A stretch of 64,000 bases of DNA from Ostreococcus lucimarinus (GCA_000092065.1 CP000590.1), one strand, 5' to 3'. Positions 30,701 through 41,627 are shown, counted from the stretch's first letter. Made by a program: numbers and translations. Notes: generated by a model from the sequence alone, not told the origin.

Positions 30701-32035
30701 TTCCACACCATTACGACTCGAGCACAGCGGCAAGAGAACCATGCGAACAAACACTTCTAAGTGTAACTTGAGTTCTTCTCGGAACTCACTGTAAATGATC
30801 GTTATGAGAGACGTCGACGCCGCCAACACGTGCGGCGAACACGACGTAACCACTCCGCACAACGCGCGCGAAAGATCATCCAAAACCAAATTCAATAGCG
30901 CATGATTCGCTCTGAAGTACTCAGCGTTCGCATCGATCATGATCGTCACGAGTTTTAGCCCAAACAAACTATTCGCATCCTCCGAACCACGACCGTGCGT
31001 GTCTGGGGCAATGAGACTCGTGGCGAACCGGAAAATTTCAATCAAAGCGGGCAACCCGTACGGCCCCTTCGCCACATCCGTGTGCTCGTGCGCGGTGACA
31101 TCCATTCCAGGTCCGGTCGCATGCGGACTATCGACGCCCGCATCGCCTCTCACGACCGCCGGGGGCGTAGCCGGGATCACGATGGCTTGCCTCGGCGACG
31201 TCAGTCGCGGTCCCTTCTCCCCCGTCGTCGCCTTTGCCTTTGCCGCGATCTCCCCCGTGCGCCGACTGACGTGATACACGATTTCGCTCAGCGTCTGCTT
31301 GCTCAATTCTCTCAACAACGGCGTCTCTTTCCCGCTCTGATGTCCAATACGATAGCACGCCTGAAACACGTCGCACAAATCGTCGTCGCTCAGCGCGTAA
31401 CCGCAGTCGCATCGCACGCACGCCGCCAGCACATACATAATCTGGCTCAACACCGCATCGTCATCGTCCACACTCGTCGCTTCAAACCTACACAGCGTCA
31501 CCGCGTCCGCGATGGCGTGCATGATCACCCCTGGGCCACCCGGCGCGTCCCTCGTCGCGACTTCGCTCTTCAAAATCTTCAAGATCGCGCTCAGCGCCTG
31601 CGCCGTGATCATCCCTCCCGTCTCCACGCTCCGTATCACGTCCAGAAACGGTTCGAGATATCGCAACGGAGTCATCGCATCGTCCTCTTCCGCGTCTCTC
31701 TCTTCGCTTTGCTCGCTCGCGTCGCTCGCGCTCGCTCGATCGCGTCCCCGCGCGCGCGTCCCCGCGTCCGCATCTTGCGTCCGTTCCGGCGGTCGCGCCG
31801 TCCGCAGCGCGACGAAGGCGTCCAACAGGGCGTCTTCGACGCCGTCTTCGTCGTACGCGTCGCTCGCGCCGTACAATCCGTACGCGTTGAGCGCGCTCGA
31901 GGCGCTCGAGCGACCGCTCCAGCGTTGATGCGCGCGCATCGAGGCGACGACGGCGCGCGCTTCGTGCTTGACGATCGTCGCGAAGCGCGCGGGATCGAAC
32001 GAGCGATTCGGCGGTGCGTCGACATCGCGCGTCAT
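27740..32035 (-). CDS. Large ARF guanine-nucleotide exchange factor with a Sec7 domain (BIG/GBF1/GNOM class)
   Basis: Sec7 catalytic region ...FKLPGEAQKISRILECFAARYYEANPDSV...YSIIMLNTDQHNAQVKNKMT with the glutamate finger. 1431 aa. ATG at 32035. Confidence 0.8.
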   Translation of the reverse strand: MTRDVDAPPNRSFDPARFATIVKHEARAVVASMRAHQRWSGRSSASSALNAYGLYGASDAYDEDGVEDALLDAFVALRTARPPERTQDADAGTRARGRDRASASDASEQSEERDAEEDDAMTPLRYLEPFLDVIRSVETGGMITAQALSAILKILKSEVATRDAPGGPGVIMHAIADAVTLCRFEATSVDDDDAVLSQIMYVLAACVRCDCGYALSDDDLCDVFQACYRIGHQSGKETPLLRELSKQTLSEIVYHVSRRTGEIAAKAKATTGEKGPRLTSPRQAIVIPATPPAVVRGDAGVDSPHATGPGMDVTAHEHTDVAKGPYGLPALIEIFRFATSLIAPDTHGRGSEDANSLFGLKLVTIMIDANAEYFRANHALLNLVLDDLSRALCGVVTSCSPHVLAASTSLITIIYSEFREELKLHLEVFVRMVLLPLCSSRNGVEEETQRVALEALVDLCKNDNFATDLYMYYDCELTKPNVFEEVTSVLAQASYPGDATLAPVHLLSLEGLLSIVQAVSNRSPAATTRPTFEFANTVVMDPWSLSDGSDTTGPSRFEARARTKYFKRRLLSAAEHFNRSYKKGLAFMQEIKLLADPLEPAAVARFLKFAPALDKEVVGDYLGEPAAFIITVLDEYTKLFDFRDVTLDRALRSFLSGFKLPGEAQKISRILECFAARYYEANPDSVADADSAYVLSYSIIMLNTDQHNAQVKNKMTLEQFIRNNRGTNGGNDWPAEVLVNIFDSIVTDEIKLDDGGAMSLTPSRWAELSRDVGAGQGKLPPTPNLAEAALYDGELFGIVWGSTTAAIAAVFEHTADDKVLQSSLGGFLSVANIAAAHGMSEVLDQLVATLCKFSNESLAKDAMSPSGERLRPLVVFGEDIKACAATRTIFGIAHKYGDTLRQGWCNILDTVLRMTKVGLVPEDIFVSGSDFTHRSEMQTMRVREIAAAKRNQGSSLLRSFSAMISGDDGRDSPLPPPSEAEQSIEELATACATACRVKELFADTKFLELESLTHLMRALIWAAGDPGLVAATADDEDAALFCLDAMFMVTLRNCDRIRAVLPILLSYLRAVLQASESPSPACEIVIFDLIRMCAKLIPTDEDVADDLLDALPVLFTLKPAVADAFFGRIVAEIDSLISNGADKIKTRQSWDTVCKLLMASARHAEAAETGFAGLTRIMREAAKVNAANVRSCLEAASAFVDSEQGGDERSVAALQLLSDANMAMCAWATSASVTDEAKAEIIAGAWGDLVRELGRISFEDTRAMVRDDAILTLQRVLLGAESLDAGGDLWLTTFDAVLLTMLQELTETVRKTRAKDGGAAENTARIAVSCVSKTLLQYGSKMRNEDAAAFASVLLAILDATSLLRKHAKTEELVDAIPEAIKNVLLVLCASEIVPRDDPLWGKMWGKASAIDSELTPDALGLLKETEESPP

Positions 32036-32248
32036 GTCGGGCGCGCGCGCGCGAGGGCGCGGCGAGTCGGCGTGTGAGGATCGATGGACGCGTCGCGGCA
32101 GTCTTGAACATCCAGCGCGCGGCGAGCGGCGACCGCGGCGCGGCGGCTCGATCGGAAACGATGCGCGCGAGCGCGCGGGTCGACGATCGGTTCGTGTGAC
32201 GCATGATTAATAACGTCTGTGTTCTAGCTATGTGTGCGATGTGCGCGG

Positions 32249-35200
32249 TCAAGGGTCGATTTCGCCGCGCTCGATGGCGGCTTGTCGCGCGGCGGCGCGC
32301 CGCTCGACGTCTTTTCGCGCGAGCTCGTCGGCTTGCGCGCGGAGGTTGGCGTATTCGGGCGGAATGCCGCCGGATTGCTCGAGCCACTTGCGCGCGGCGT
32401 CGTCGGGAAGTACGATGGCGACGTCCAAGCGCTCTTCATCGGACATTTGGGTGAGGTAGTGCTCGGCCCAATCCGGAAGCGGGACGCCTTCCTCCGCAGA
32501 GGCCATGCTGTGGATTTGGTCCTTGACGAGCCCCCAGAATTTTCCCTTGGAAGGGTCGTCCGACCAAATTGCGCTCATCAAATCGTCCCAATACACTTCT
32601 TGCTGTTCACCCCACGCGATGTCCCAAACCCCCATGCCACGATCGCGTGTGATACCAGCCTTTTCGAAGGCTTGCGCAAGCTGGCGACCGCCGATTTCTC
32701 GCGCCGTCGCGAGCGACTCCTTGAGCGAAAAGAGCATCTCTCTATTTTTCGGCTCGTGAAGAATCGCCACCGTACGCTGGGCCGCCTTAATCAACGTCTT
32801 TCTCACCTCATTGTACACTAATAAATCCAATTCAGGCGATAACTGCCTCATCACCTCGATGTGCTCAGTCTTGCCGACGCGCAGGTAACCTTCTTCGCGC
32901 GTAGGTTCGGCGGCGAGGGCGATGGGACCTAAATCACTCCACCCGTTCTGCATCACCATTTCGCACGCCAAATTCGTCGCAGCGGCGACATCGTGCATGC
33001 CGCGGGTCGTTACGTTCTCGGGACCGTACAAATAACGCTCCGCCATCTGGCCTGCGAGGAGTACGCACAGCTTGGCTTCGTAATACTCCATGGAGCGCAC
33101 CGTGCGAGCCGCGGGAGAGTCGACTTCATCCGGCACGTAGACGATTTGACCCGTGGCTACACCACCGTTAAACACCGTCACCTTGCTAATCTCGTCGTAC
33201 GAAGGCATGTGCATCGCGACCACGGCCTGCGCGGCGTAATAATTCACCACCGAGTCTCGTTCGTACGCGTCGAGTTGCGCGATGAGGGTATCTTCGAGCA
33301 TTCTATCGCGAGCCAAACTTCCGCTGCCACTTCCGTTGCGAACGAACGCTTGCGATCGTCGAATATCGTCGATGCAAAACAAGAAGTCACCCGTAGACGC
33401 GAGCGCCTTCTCGCCTTGCGCACAGCGCATGACGGCCGACTTGGTGAGGTTCTCGATGTCGGCGCCGCTGAAACCGGCAGTTTGTCTGGCGAGGTACTCG
33501 TAGTCCAAGTTGGGATCGACACTCGACGCGAACGATGGCTTGTTGCAGTGCAAGAACAAGATTTCTTGACGCGACTTCTTGTTCGGCAGACCCATCTCGA
33601 TGATGCGATCAAAACGACCGGCACGAATGAGCGCAGGATCGAGTACTTGCGGACGGTTCGTCGCCGCCAACACCATGATGCCCGTGGCGGTCGAGAAACC
33701 GTCCATCTCCGTCAGCATTTGATTGATCGTCGCCGTCGCTTCGTCGTTACCGTAAACCTGACCGGATTGTGTCTCAGTACGCTTCGTGCCGACGGCATCG
33801 AATTCATCGATGAAGATGATGCACGGCGCAACCTTCTTGGCTTGATCAAACAAGTTGCGAATACGCGCGGCTCCGACGCCGACGAACATCTCCATAAACT
33901 CCGTACCAGCGCATGAGAAGAAGGGCACATTTGCCTCGCCCGCGACACAACGAGCGAGCAACGTCTTACCCGTACCGGGCGGACCGCACAAAAGCACGCC
34001 TGCGGGAATGCGCGCGCCCATGGAGTTGTACTTTTCGAAATCCTTCAAGTAGGAAATGAGTTCAAACATTTCCGCCTTGACGTTGTCGATGCCGGTGATG
34101 TCCTTCAACGTCATCCCTTGGCGAACGTTCGAGTCGTAGTTACGCGTAGTCATGTTACCGAACATGTCTTCCGAGCTATCCTTGTACGTGCCTTCGTAAA
34201 TAAGCCACGCATAGAACACCATCACCATCGGCGTCAACGCGTTGAACAGGAACGCCGTAATCTCGAGCCAGCGAGGATACTTCTCCATCTCAATCTGAAT
34301 GACCCCTCCATTACCCGGTCTTTCGGTGACGAGCTTTTTGAACAACACCGGATCGTACGGAAGGTTGCAACCGAACACCTCCTCCGTGTCGTCGATGTAA
34401 TATCTAATGCTCGTCTCGTTGGCGCGGTACACCACGCGGTTGACGCGCCCGACGTCGAGTAATCTGTGGAACGACGTGTAAGACGTCTCCGTGGGGAATC
34501 TATCGGTGCCCATGGTTGAGTACGGATCGCGCAAGTACGCCAAGTTCACGTTGCGCACGAATCGTTCGCCGCGGTTGGAGAAAATCTTCTTGACGGGATT
34601 CTTCTTCTCCTGTTCGTACTTTTCGTACCGCTGGATGTCCTTCAAAACCTTTTCCTCCGCCGCGCTCAATTGCCTATTCCTACTCTCGGTGTGCTCACCA
34701 GTTTTCAACCCAACGAGTTCTTTCACCCTGTCCGCCATCACCTTCACCTTATCCACCTGTCCTCCCTGTTTGGGGGCCCTACGTTGGTGTTCTAAATTCA
34801 TTTTTTTCTTCTTCACCGTCCCGCGACGTCGTCGTCGTCTCTGCTTCGTCGGCGCCTCGACGACGCGCGGCTTATCCTCCGCGATCGCGTCGAGCTCTTC
34901 CAACAACTTCGCCGTCTCGTCCTCTTCATCCTTGGGATCGGAATCCACCGGCGCGATGTCGATCCCCACCCCCGCCACCTCGCCCACGCACGGCTCGCGC
35001 CGCGCGCTCGCCGTCGCCGCGCTCCTCGCCCCCTCCCGCCTCGCCTCGCGCGCCCCAGTCTCCAGCGCGCCCGCCGCTTTCGGCGCGCTCAACATCACCA
35101 ACGCCGCGATCGCGCCCATCTTCGTCGCCCGCTTCGCGCGCGCCCAGCCGTCGTCCGCGTTCGCGTCCCTCGCCGCGCGTCCCGCGCCGTCGTCGCCGCC

Positions 35201-35332
35201 GACGCCGCATCGCACCCCTCGTCCCCACCGCGCGCCCGCCTTCGCCCGCGCGACGCGCGCGCGTCGTCGTCCGAGTCCATCCGCGATCGCGCCGCGCGTC
35301 GGCGCGATCGTCGCGCCTCGCGCGATCGACAT
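32249..35332 (-). CDS. FtsH-like AAA+ protein with an intact ATPase but a lost zinc-protease motif (FtsHi-type). Long N-terminal extension, start uncertain; the ORF extends to 35605.
   Basis: Walker [12 protein letters not shown], Walker [12 protein letters not shown] and the SRH present. The M41 peptidase domain is present but HEXXH is replaced ([12 protein letters not shown] versus AYHEAGHAVV). Confidence 0.7.
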   Translation of the reverse strand: MSIARGATIAPTRGAIADGLGRRRARVARAKAGARWGRGVRCGVGGDDGAGRAARDANADDGWARAKRATKMGAIAALVMLSAPKAAGALETGAREARREGARSAATASARREPCVGEVAGVGIDIAPVDSDPKDEEDETAKLLEELDAIAEDKPRVVEAPTKQRRRRRRGTVKKKKMNLEHQRRAPKQGGQVDKVKVMADRVKELVGLKTGEHTESRNRQLSAAEEKVLKDIQRYEKYEQEKKNPVKKIFSNRGERFVRNVNLAYLRDPYSTMGTDRFPTETSYTSFHRLLDVGRVNRVVYRANETSIRYYIDDTEEVFGCNLPYDPVLFKKLVTERPGNGGVIQIEMEKYPRWLEITAFLFNALTPMVMVFYAWLIYEGTYKDSSEDMFGNMTTRNYDSNVRQGMTLKDITGIDNVKAEMFELISYLKDFEKYNSMGARIPAGVLLCGPPGTGKTLLARCVAGEANVPFFSCAGTEFMEMFVGVGAARIRNLFDQAKKVAPCIIFIDEFDAVGTKRTETQSGQVYGNDEATATINQMLTEMDGFSTATGIMVLAATNRPQVLDPALIRAGRFDRIIEMGLPNKKSRQEILFLHCNKPSFASSVDPNLDYEYLARQTAGFSGADIENLTKSAVMRCAQGEKALASTGDFLFCIDDIRRSQAFVRNGSGSGSLARDRMLEDTLIAQLDAYERDSVVNYYAAQAVVAMHMPSYDEISKVTVFNGGVATGQIVYVPDEVDSPAARTVRSMEYYEAKLCVLLAGQMAERYLYGPENVTTRGMHDVAAATNLACEMVMQNGWSDLGPIALAAEPTREEGYLRVGKTEHIEVMRQLSPELDLLVYNEVRKTLIKAAQRTVAILHEPKNREMLFSLKESLATAREIGGRQLAQAFEKAGITRDRGMGVWDIAWGEQQEVYWDDLMSAIWSDDPSKGKFWGLVKDQIHSMASAEEGVPLPDWAEHYLTQMSDEERLDVAIVLPDDAARKWLEQSGGIPPEYANLRAQADELARKDVERRAAARQAAIERGEIDP

Positions 35333-35889
35333 CGCGCGTCCGCGCGCGATCGGTCGAGTAAACCTAAGCCGCGATCGTCGAGCCGCGAATCGCGCGCGCG
35401 CGCGTCTCGAGGCGCGTCGAACCCGCGCGCGCGCGTCTCCCGACGCGTTCGCGACCTCGGCGCGCGCTTCGAGCGACCGCGCGTCGCGTCGCGCGCGTCG
35501 TCGTGTGCGCGCCGCCGCGCGCGGCGCGAGGGTTCGACGCGCGCTCGAATGATCGCGTTTCGTACGTCGTTTTCGACATACACTAGAGCATTTTAGCGCC
35601 ATCATTCAAAACGCTCGCGACGCGCGCCGACGCGCGCGCGACGGCGCGACGCGCGGCGACACCGCGACGCGCGACGATGTCGAGCGTCGCGCCGACGCGC
35701 GCGCGATGGTCGTCGCGGCGGTTCGCGGGCGACGCGGGACGCGCGCGCGACGCGCGCGCGACGCGACGGCGCGCGCGAGATTTGAACGCGGCGCCGGCGA
35801 CGCGCGCGGGCGACGGCGACGGCGACGGCGCGGCGCTGGATTTCAACGCGTGCGCGCGCGAGCACGCGCGAGCGTTTCGCGCGACGCCG

Positions 35890-36849
35890 ATGAGCGCGCG
35901 ACTGACGCGAGAGTTCGGGATGGGGGACTCGGGGACGGACGTGTCGCTCGCGCAGCGGTTGCTCGGGCGGGACGCGAGACGCGCGCACGGCGTGTGCGAC
36001 CGAGAGACGACGGAGGCGCTGCGCGCGTGGCAGATTTCGCGCGGATTAAAGCCGAGCGGGTTCTTCGGGGCGAGCTCGCGGGCGCAGATGGCGATGGAGG
36101 AGGAGCGGTGGCGCGAACTGGGGGGGGGGGCGCTGCTGGAGCGACTTTGGGAGGAGGAGGCGCGCGCGCGGGACGCGAGCGAACGCGCGAACGAACGCGC
36201 GGGAGGGAGCGGACGGACGCGCGGCGTGGTGGCGACGTCGACGACGCCGCGCGAAGCGCCGCGCGTCTCGCGCGTCGCGCGCGGCGCGTTGGTGTTGGTG
36301 GTCGCGTCGGCGGCTTTGGGCGCGGCGGCGCGTCTGAGAAATCGCGAGCGCTTCGCGGCGTTCGTCGATTCGGCGACGGCGTGGACGCGCGAATCGCGCG
36401 CGAAGGTCGCGCTCGACGTCGCGCGCGAGTTTATCGGCGCGTGCGGCGCGCGCGCGCGCGCGCGCTGGACCGAGATCGCCGCAGATTTCGCCGAGCGGCG
36501 CCGAGCGCTCGTCCGCGCCGCCGCGACGGCGATTTCTCGCGTTCGATCCGCGGCGGAACGCGTCGCGACGAACGACGCGCTCGACGCCGGCGCACCGCTC
36601 GCGGAGGGACACTTCGATGAAAACGGTCGCTGGTGGGAGTCCCCACTGCCCGCGTCCACGCCCAAAGCCGCCGACGCGAGGCCGCGTCCCGCCGAGCCGT
36701 CTCCGCGAGGCGGAGCGTCGACGGCTCGCGAGCGCGCCGAGCAAATGCGCGAGCGCTGGGTCAACATCCGTCGCCAACAGGTCGACGTCGGCGCGGACGA
36801 GCGTCGAGCGATTGAGCGCGTCTCTAAATTTCTCCGCGACGCCGAATGA
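35890..36849 (+). CDS. Hypothetical protein with a peptidoglycan-binding-like (PG_binding_1-type) domain and one predicted TM helix
   Basis: DVSLAQRLLGRDARRAHGVCDRETTEALRAWQISRGLKPSGFFGASS resembles the PGRP/PG_binding_1 repeat. A G11 homopolymer at 36120..36130 lies inside the CDS. ATG at 35890. Confidence 0.35.
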   Translation: MSARLTREFGMGDSGTDVSLAQRLLGRDARRAHGVCDRETTEALRAWQISRGLKPSGFFGASSRAQMAMEEERWRELGGGALLERLWEEEARARDASERANERAGGSGRTRGVVATSTTPREAPRVSRVARGALVLVVASAALGAAARLRNRERFAAFVDSATAWTRESRAKVALDVAREFIGACGARARARWTEIAADFAERRRALVRAAATAISRVRSAAERVATNDALDAGAPLAEGHFDENGRWWESPLPASTPKAADARPRPAEPSPRGGASTARERAEQMRERWVNIRRQQVDVGADERRAIERVSKFLRDAE

Positions 36850-36939
36850 GCGCGCGCGCGCGATTTCAATGTACACGCATTCGTCGCCCTCGATTCGCTC
36901 CGTCGCCGCGCCTCCGCCGCGCCCGCACTCGACGACGCC

Positions 36940-38802
36940 ATGCTCGGTTTAGACACCTACGGCTCGTCCGATTCCGACGACGAGAACGACGCGCTCGCGA
37001 ACGTCGCGTCCGTCAAGCGCCCGATCGCGTCCGCGCCGCCCGTCGACGCCGGCGCGTTGGCGCTCGAGCGCGCGCTCGACGGCGATGGCGGCTCGACGGG
37101 AATGCGCGTCGTTCCGCTCGCGTCCACGCGCACGGTCGTCGGTGCGCGCGACGCGCGAACGCGATGGCATCGATCGATCGCTCGACGCGCGCGCGTCGCG
37201 CGAGGAACGCGCGTGGACGATGGACTGACGGAGATTCGTTCGACGCGCGCAGACCCGACGACGCGAGAGATGCGCGTGAACCTGACGTACGACGAGATGA
37301 CGGCCCCGATCGAGGGACCGAGGCACGAGACGCGAGAGGATAGACTCACGGGGCGAGGGGCGAGGAATCACGCGCTCGGGCAGGTGGACGCGACGACGGT
37401 GAACGCGTTTAGTTTCGACGAACAGTACAATACGTACAATTCGCGGGGGTACGCGGCGGCGCCGTCGGGGACTGGGGTCGTCGGTGACGCCGACGCGATG
37501 CGAGCGAGCAAGGGGGAGACGGCGTTTAATATTTCTGCGGCGAAAAAACGAAGGATTCGCGAGGAAGTGCTCGCGGGGGTGGCGACGCCGGCGAGCGGCG
37601 AGACGGATACGTCGGCGTGGGCGCCGGCTCGAGCGGCGCAAAAGGTGCTCGTGCACGATGATTTGTCGGAGAAGGAGAAGGAGTACGTGAAATGGCACAT
37701 GGATAATCGCGAGGCAAAGCTTCGGGCGAAAGGAAAGTTGGAAGGTTTGGAGACGGGTCCGGGCGAGGACGGCGGCGCTCAAGACGACTCAAAGTTTACA
37801 AAGTTTCACGGCTCGGAGGAAGTCAACTACGCGGGGGATTCTTGGATTGCGGCGCCAAAGAGCGAGAAGCGCGATGGAGATGGAACTTGCTTCGCGCCGA
37901 ACAAGTGCGTGCACACGTTTAACGGTCACACGAAGGGTGTGTCAAAGATTGAATTTTTCCCTCACACCGGTCACCTGTTGCTCTCGGCGGGCATGGACAA
38001 CGTGGTCAAGATTTGGGACGTGTACAACAGTCGAAAGTGCATGCGCACGTACATGGGACACGACAAGGCGGTAAAAGACGTGTGCTTCAACGGCGATGGC
38101 ACGCGCTTCGTGTCGACGTCGTGGGATAAAAAGGTTCGATTGTGGGACACGGAGACTGGCAAAATAATCCAAACCGTGACGAGCGGGAAAATCGGTTACT
38201 GCGCGAAGATTCATCCAAAGCAAGACAACTTGGTGTTGATCGGGCAGAGCGATAAAAAAATCGTGCAGTGGGACATGAACAACGGGGACTTGGTGCAAGA
38301 GTACGACCAGCATCTCGGGCCGGTGAACTCGATCACTTTCGCCGACGGCGGCGAACGCTTCATGTCCTCTTCGGACGACAAAACGCTTCGAGTTTGGGAG
38401 TTTGGAATCCCGGTGACGACTAAATACATCGCTGACCCGTCGATGCACTCCGTGCCCGCGACTGCGATATCGAACAACGGCAAGTACATCATCGGTCAAT
38501 CGCTCGACAATCAAATTATCACCTTTAGCGTCGACGAACGCTTTCGAAGAAACAACAAGAAACGCTTTGGTGGTCACCACAACGCCGGTTACGCGTGCCA
38601 GCCCGCGTTTTCTACCGATGACAGCACCGTCGTTAGCGGCGACGGGTCTGGTAAGATCTTCTTCTGGGATTGGAAGACGTCCAAAATCATCAAATCCGTC
38701 AAGGCGCACGCCGAGGTGTGCATCGGCGTCGCTTGGCACCCGCTCAAGAGCTCCGTCGTCGCGTCGTGCAGTTGGGACAAGACGATCAAGCTGTGGAAGT
38801 AG
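36940..38802 (+). CDS. PRP17: Pre-mRNA splicing factor PRP17/CDC40 (WD40). A possible short in-frame intron at about 37142..37267 is not resolved.
   Basis: The N-terminus starts MLGLDTYGSSDSDDEND, includes a conserved NLTYDEMTAPIEGP block, and seven C-terminal WD40 repeats align to PRP17. ATG at 36940. Confidence 0.85.
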   Translation: MLGLDTYGSSDSDDENDALANVASVKRPIASAPPVDAGALALERALDGDGGSTGMRVVPLASTRTVVGARDARTRWHRSIARRARVARGTRVDDGLTEIRSTRADPTTREMRVNLTYDEMTAPIEGPRHETREDRLTGRGARNHALGQVDATTVNAFSFDEQYNTYNSRGYAAAPSGTGVVGDADAMRASKGETAFNISAAKKRRIREEVLAGVATPASGETDTSAWAPARAAQKVLVHDDLSEKEKEYVKWHMDNREAKLRAKGKLEGLETGPGEDGGAQDDSKFTKFHGSEEVNYAGDSWIAAPKSEKRDGDGTCFAPNKCVHTFNGHTKGVSKIEFFPHTGHLLLSAGMDNVVKIWDVYNSRKCMRTYMGHDKAVKDVCFNGDGTRFVSTSWDKKVRLWDTETGKIIQTVTSGKIGYCAKIHPKQDNLVLIGQSDKKIVQWDMNNGDLVQEYDQHLGPVNSITFADGGERFMSSSDDKTLRVWEFGIPVTTKYIADPSMHSVPATAISNNGKYIIGQSLDNQIITFSVDERFRRNNKKRFGGHHNAGYACQPAFSTDDSTVVSGDGSGKIFFWDWKTSKIIKSVKAHAEVCIGVAWHPLKSSVVASCSWDKTIKLWK

Positions 38803-38964
38803 TCTCCGAGCTCAATCTTTGTCGTTGATATATCTCGCGTAGCGCACTTCCTCACGCGCGCGCCTTCTCTTTGCGTCGGCGTCTTCGTGTCCGCGTCTCG
38901 CTGTCCTTTCGCTTTCGCGAATTCTGAGCGCATCTCGTCATTGCCCCGCGCCCGATCGTCCAGC

Positions 38965-40164
38965 ATGCGCCGTTCGCGCGCGCGCGCGCTCGCCGGCGCG
39001 CTCGCGCTCACACTCGCCTGCGCCGCCCTCCCCCGCGCGCTCGCGCGCGCTGATTCGCACGCGGCGTCGCATCTGCGACTCGCCACGTCGGATGTCCCGG
39101 TCGACACCGTCGACGCTTCGGAGCCCGCGCGCGACGCCGTGCGCGAGGCGCGCGCGCTGGTCGCCGACGCCGCGGCGCTCGAAGCGAAGTTCGAGGCGTT
39201 CGTGGACGCGTTCGATAAACGCGCCGAGTACGCGACGAAGACGGCGACGGAACGCGCTCGGAGAATCGTCATCTTTGGCGAAAATCTCGTCAAGGCGGCG
39301 ACGAATCAAGCGAACGATCGAGGCAGCGCGAACCACGGGGTGACGATGTTCAGCGATCTCACCGCGGAAGAGTTTGCGGCGCGGTATTTGGGTCACGTGC
39401 GGTTGTCGAGCGAGGAGAGGGAGAAACGGAAGGCGAGGGGAGGGGAGACGCTCGAGACGTTGCCGGTGGAACATTTGCCGGAGGAATTCGATTGGCGATT
39501 TAAGGGCGCGGTGACGCGGGTGAAGGATCAAGGACAGTGTGGATCGTGCTGGACGTTTTCAACGACGGGTGCGATCGAGGGCGCGCACTTCATCAGCACC
39601 GGAAAGCTCGTTGAATTGAGCGAACAACAACTCGTGGACTGCGACGTCGGTTGCGATCCAGACGTGCCGAACGCGTGCGATTCTGGCTGTAACGGCGGCT
39701 TGCCGTCGAACGCGATGGAGTACATCGTAGAGCACGGAGGCATCGATACCGAGAAGTCGTACCCGTACGTCGGCGAGAAGGGCGAGTGCAAGGCGAAGAA
39801 AGGCAAACTCGGCGCGACGCTCAAGAACTTCTCCTTCGTCAGCGACGACGAAAAACAAATGGCGGCGGCGTTGGTCAAATACGGCCCACTGTCCATCGGG
39901 ATCAACGCTGCGTGGATGCAAAGTTACATCGGCGGCGTCGCCTGCCCTTGGCTCTGCGACGCCGAGTCGCTCGATCACGGCGTCCTCATCGTCGGCTACG
40001 GCTCGAGCGGCTTCGCCCCGGTTCGATGGGCGCCCGAACCGTACTGGATCGTCAAGAATTCTTGGAGTCCGGCGTGGGGCGAGGGTGGATACTACCGCAT
40101 ATGCAAAGACAAAGGTTCGTGCGGCATCAACAACATGGTCGTCGCCGCGCACGGCGTCGACTGA
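38965..40164 (+). CDS. Papain-family (C1A) cysteine protease, cathepsin L-like, with signal peptide and propeptide
   Basis: QGQCGSCWTFS active-site Cys, His in DHGVLIVGYG, Asn in NSWSPAWGEGGYYRI. Signal peptide MRRSRARALAGALALTLACAAL. Confidence 0.85.
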   Translation: MRRSRARALAGALALTLACAALPRALARADSHAASHLRLATSDVPVDTVDASEPARDAVREARALVADAAALEAKFEAFVDAFDKRAEYATKTATERARRIVIFGENLVKAATNQANDRGSANHGVTMFSDLTAEEFAARYLGHVRLSSEEREKRKARGGETLETLPVEHLPEEFDWRFKGAVTRVKDQGQCGSCWTFSTTGAIEGAHFISTGKLVELSEQQLVDCDVGCDPDVPNACDSGCNGGLPSNAMEYIVEHGGIDTEKSYPYVGEKGECKAKKGKLGATLKNFSFVSDDEKQMAAALVKYGPLSIGINAAWMQSYIGGVACPWLCDAESLDHGVLIVGYGSSGFAPVRWAPEPYWIVKNSWSPAWGEGGYYRICKDKGSCGINNMVVAAHGVD

Positions 40165-40354
40165 TCGCGCTTCGCGTTCGCCTCGCGTCTTCATGCTTCT
40201 CTCGCGCCTCGTCGCCTTCATCGACGACGTCGCGCGCGTTTCTCGCATTTTCATCTCTGTATCTCATCATTCTAAAACTATCGTTACAATCGTATCTCGC
40301 CTCGCCGTCGTCGCGTTCGCGCGATAACCCTCGTCGTCTCGCCGCGCGTCCGCC

Positions 40355-40609
40355 CTACACCGCCTTCGGCCCGTTCGCGTCGAACGCCCCGCTCCACCTC
40401 TGGCTCGGTATCGCGTGCGCGGGATATATCGGCCGCTTCTCCCGCGCGCGCGAGTAGTTGAACGTCATCATCGCCAGCGCGCCGAGCGCGACGAATCCCC
40501 CGACCGTGTTTCGTTTCCACGCCTTCGGATCCGCGAACCACCCGCCGTACGTCGTCCACACGTGTCCCGTCACGCTCGTCGGTCCGCCGCCGCTCGCGGG
40601 CGCGCCCAT
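40355..40609 (-). CDS. Small single-TM protein (about 84 aa), possibly a mitochondrial membrane-complex subunit
   Basis: [52 protein letters not shown]... Unbiased composition, divergent from the proteasome subunit gene. No confident family. Confidence 0.3.
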   Translation of the reverse strand: MGAPASGGGPTSVTGHVWTTYGGWFADPKAWKRNTVGGFVALGALAMMTFNYSRAREKRPIYPAHAIPSQRWSGAFDANGPKAV

Positions 40610-40773
40610 GGTCGTCGCTGTGCGAACGCCGCCGATGGACGCGTCGTCGTCTGTCGTCGCGGCGCGTCGTCGATCCGCGATCGTCGAACGGCGGATCGTC
40701 ACACGACGACGCGCGCGCGCGCGACGCTCGACGCGACGCGACTCGACTCGACGGCGTCGCGACTCGACTCGAG

Positions 40774-41487
40774 ATGTTTCAGACGCGCAGCGAGTACGAC
40801 CGGGGCGTGAACACGTTCAGCCCGGAGGGACGGTTGTTTCAGGTGGAGTACGCCATCGAGGCGATCAAGCTCGGGTCGACGGCGATCGCGATAAAGACGC
40901 GCGAGGGCGTGGTGCTGGCGGTGGAGAAGCGCGCGACGTCGCCGCTGATGGACGCGTCGTCGCTGGAGAAGATCGCGGAGATCGACGCGCACGTGGGGTG
41001 CGCGGTGAGCGGGCTGACGGCGGACGCGTGGACGATGGTGGAACACGGACGGGCGGAGTGCCAGAATCATTACTTTACGTATAACGAACCGATGCCGGTG
41101 CTGAGCTGCACGACGTCGCTGTGCGAACTGGCGATGTCGTTCGCGGGCGAGGGGGAGAAGAGAATGTCGAGACCGTTCGGGGTGGCGCTGTTGGTGGCGG
41201 GGAAGGATGAGGACGGGTATCACTTGGTGCACACGGATCCGAGCGGTACGGCGGTGCAATATAAAGCGAAAGCGATCGGAAGCGGGAGCGAAGGCGCGCA
41301 GACGGCGCTGCAAGAGGAATATAGAGACGATTTGACGCTCAAAGAGGCGGAGACGCTGGCGTTGAAGACGTTGAAGGCGGTCATGGAGGAAAAGGTCAAC
41401 ACGACGAACGTCGACATGGCGCGCGTGGCGCCGGCGTACGTCAAGTATTCCGACGCCGCGATTCAGGAAATCATCGATCGTTTATGA
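40774..41487 (+). CDS. PSMA5: 20S proteasome alpha subunit type 5
   Basis: [42 protein letters not shown]... is near-identical to eukaryotic alpha-5 over its full length. Confidence 0.95.
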   Translation: MFQTRSEYDRGVNTFSPEGRLFQVEYAIEAIKLGSTAIAIKTREGVVLAVEKRATSPLMDASSLEKIAEIDAHVGCAVSGLTADAWTMVEHGRAECQNHYFTYNEPMPVLSCTTSLCELAMSFAGEGEKRMSRPFGVALLVAGKDEDGYHLVHTDPSGTAVQYKAKAIGSGSEGAQTALQEEYRDDLTLKEAETLALKTLKAVMEEKVNTTNVDMARVAPAYVKYSDAAIQEIIDRL

Positions 41488-41627
41488 TGAGTGAGTAGAT
41501 TTAATTTCGGTTCGAGCTTGTAAGTTTCGTGTAAAAGATTCTTCGTTCAATGATTTACATTACGTGCCTTGCGGCGCGCGCGCGCTCAACTGTTTTAAAC
41601 TAATCGATTATTCATCCAGTATTCCTC

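Noticed and set aside
31265-31270. Additional ACTGAC hexamers (for example 31265 plus strand inside the minus-strand ARF-GEF, 35901 inside the PG-binding CDS, 16746 minus) that could mark further introns
   Set aside because: About 30 random occurrences are expected in 64 kb on two strands. These lie on the wrong strand or inside continuous, homology-supported coding sequence, without a paired GTGCG donor.
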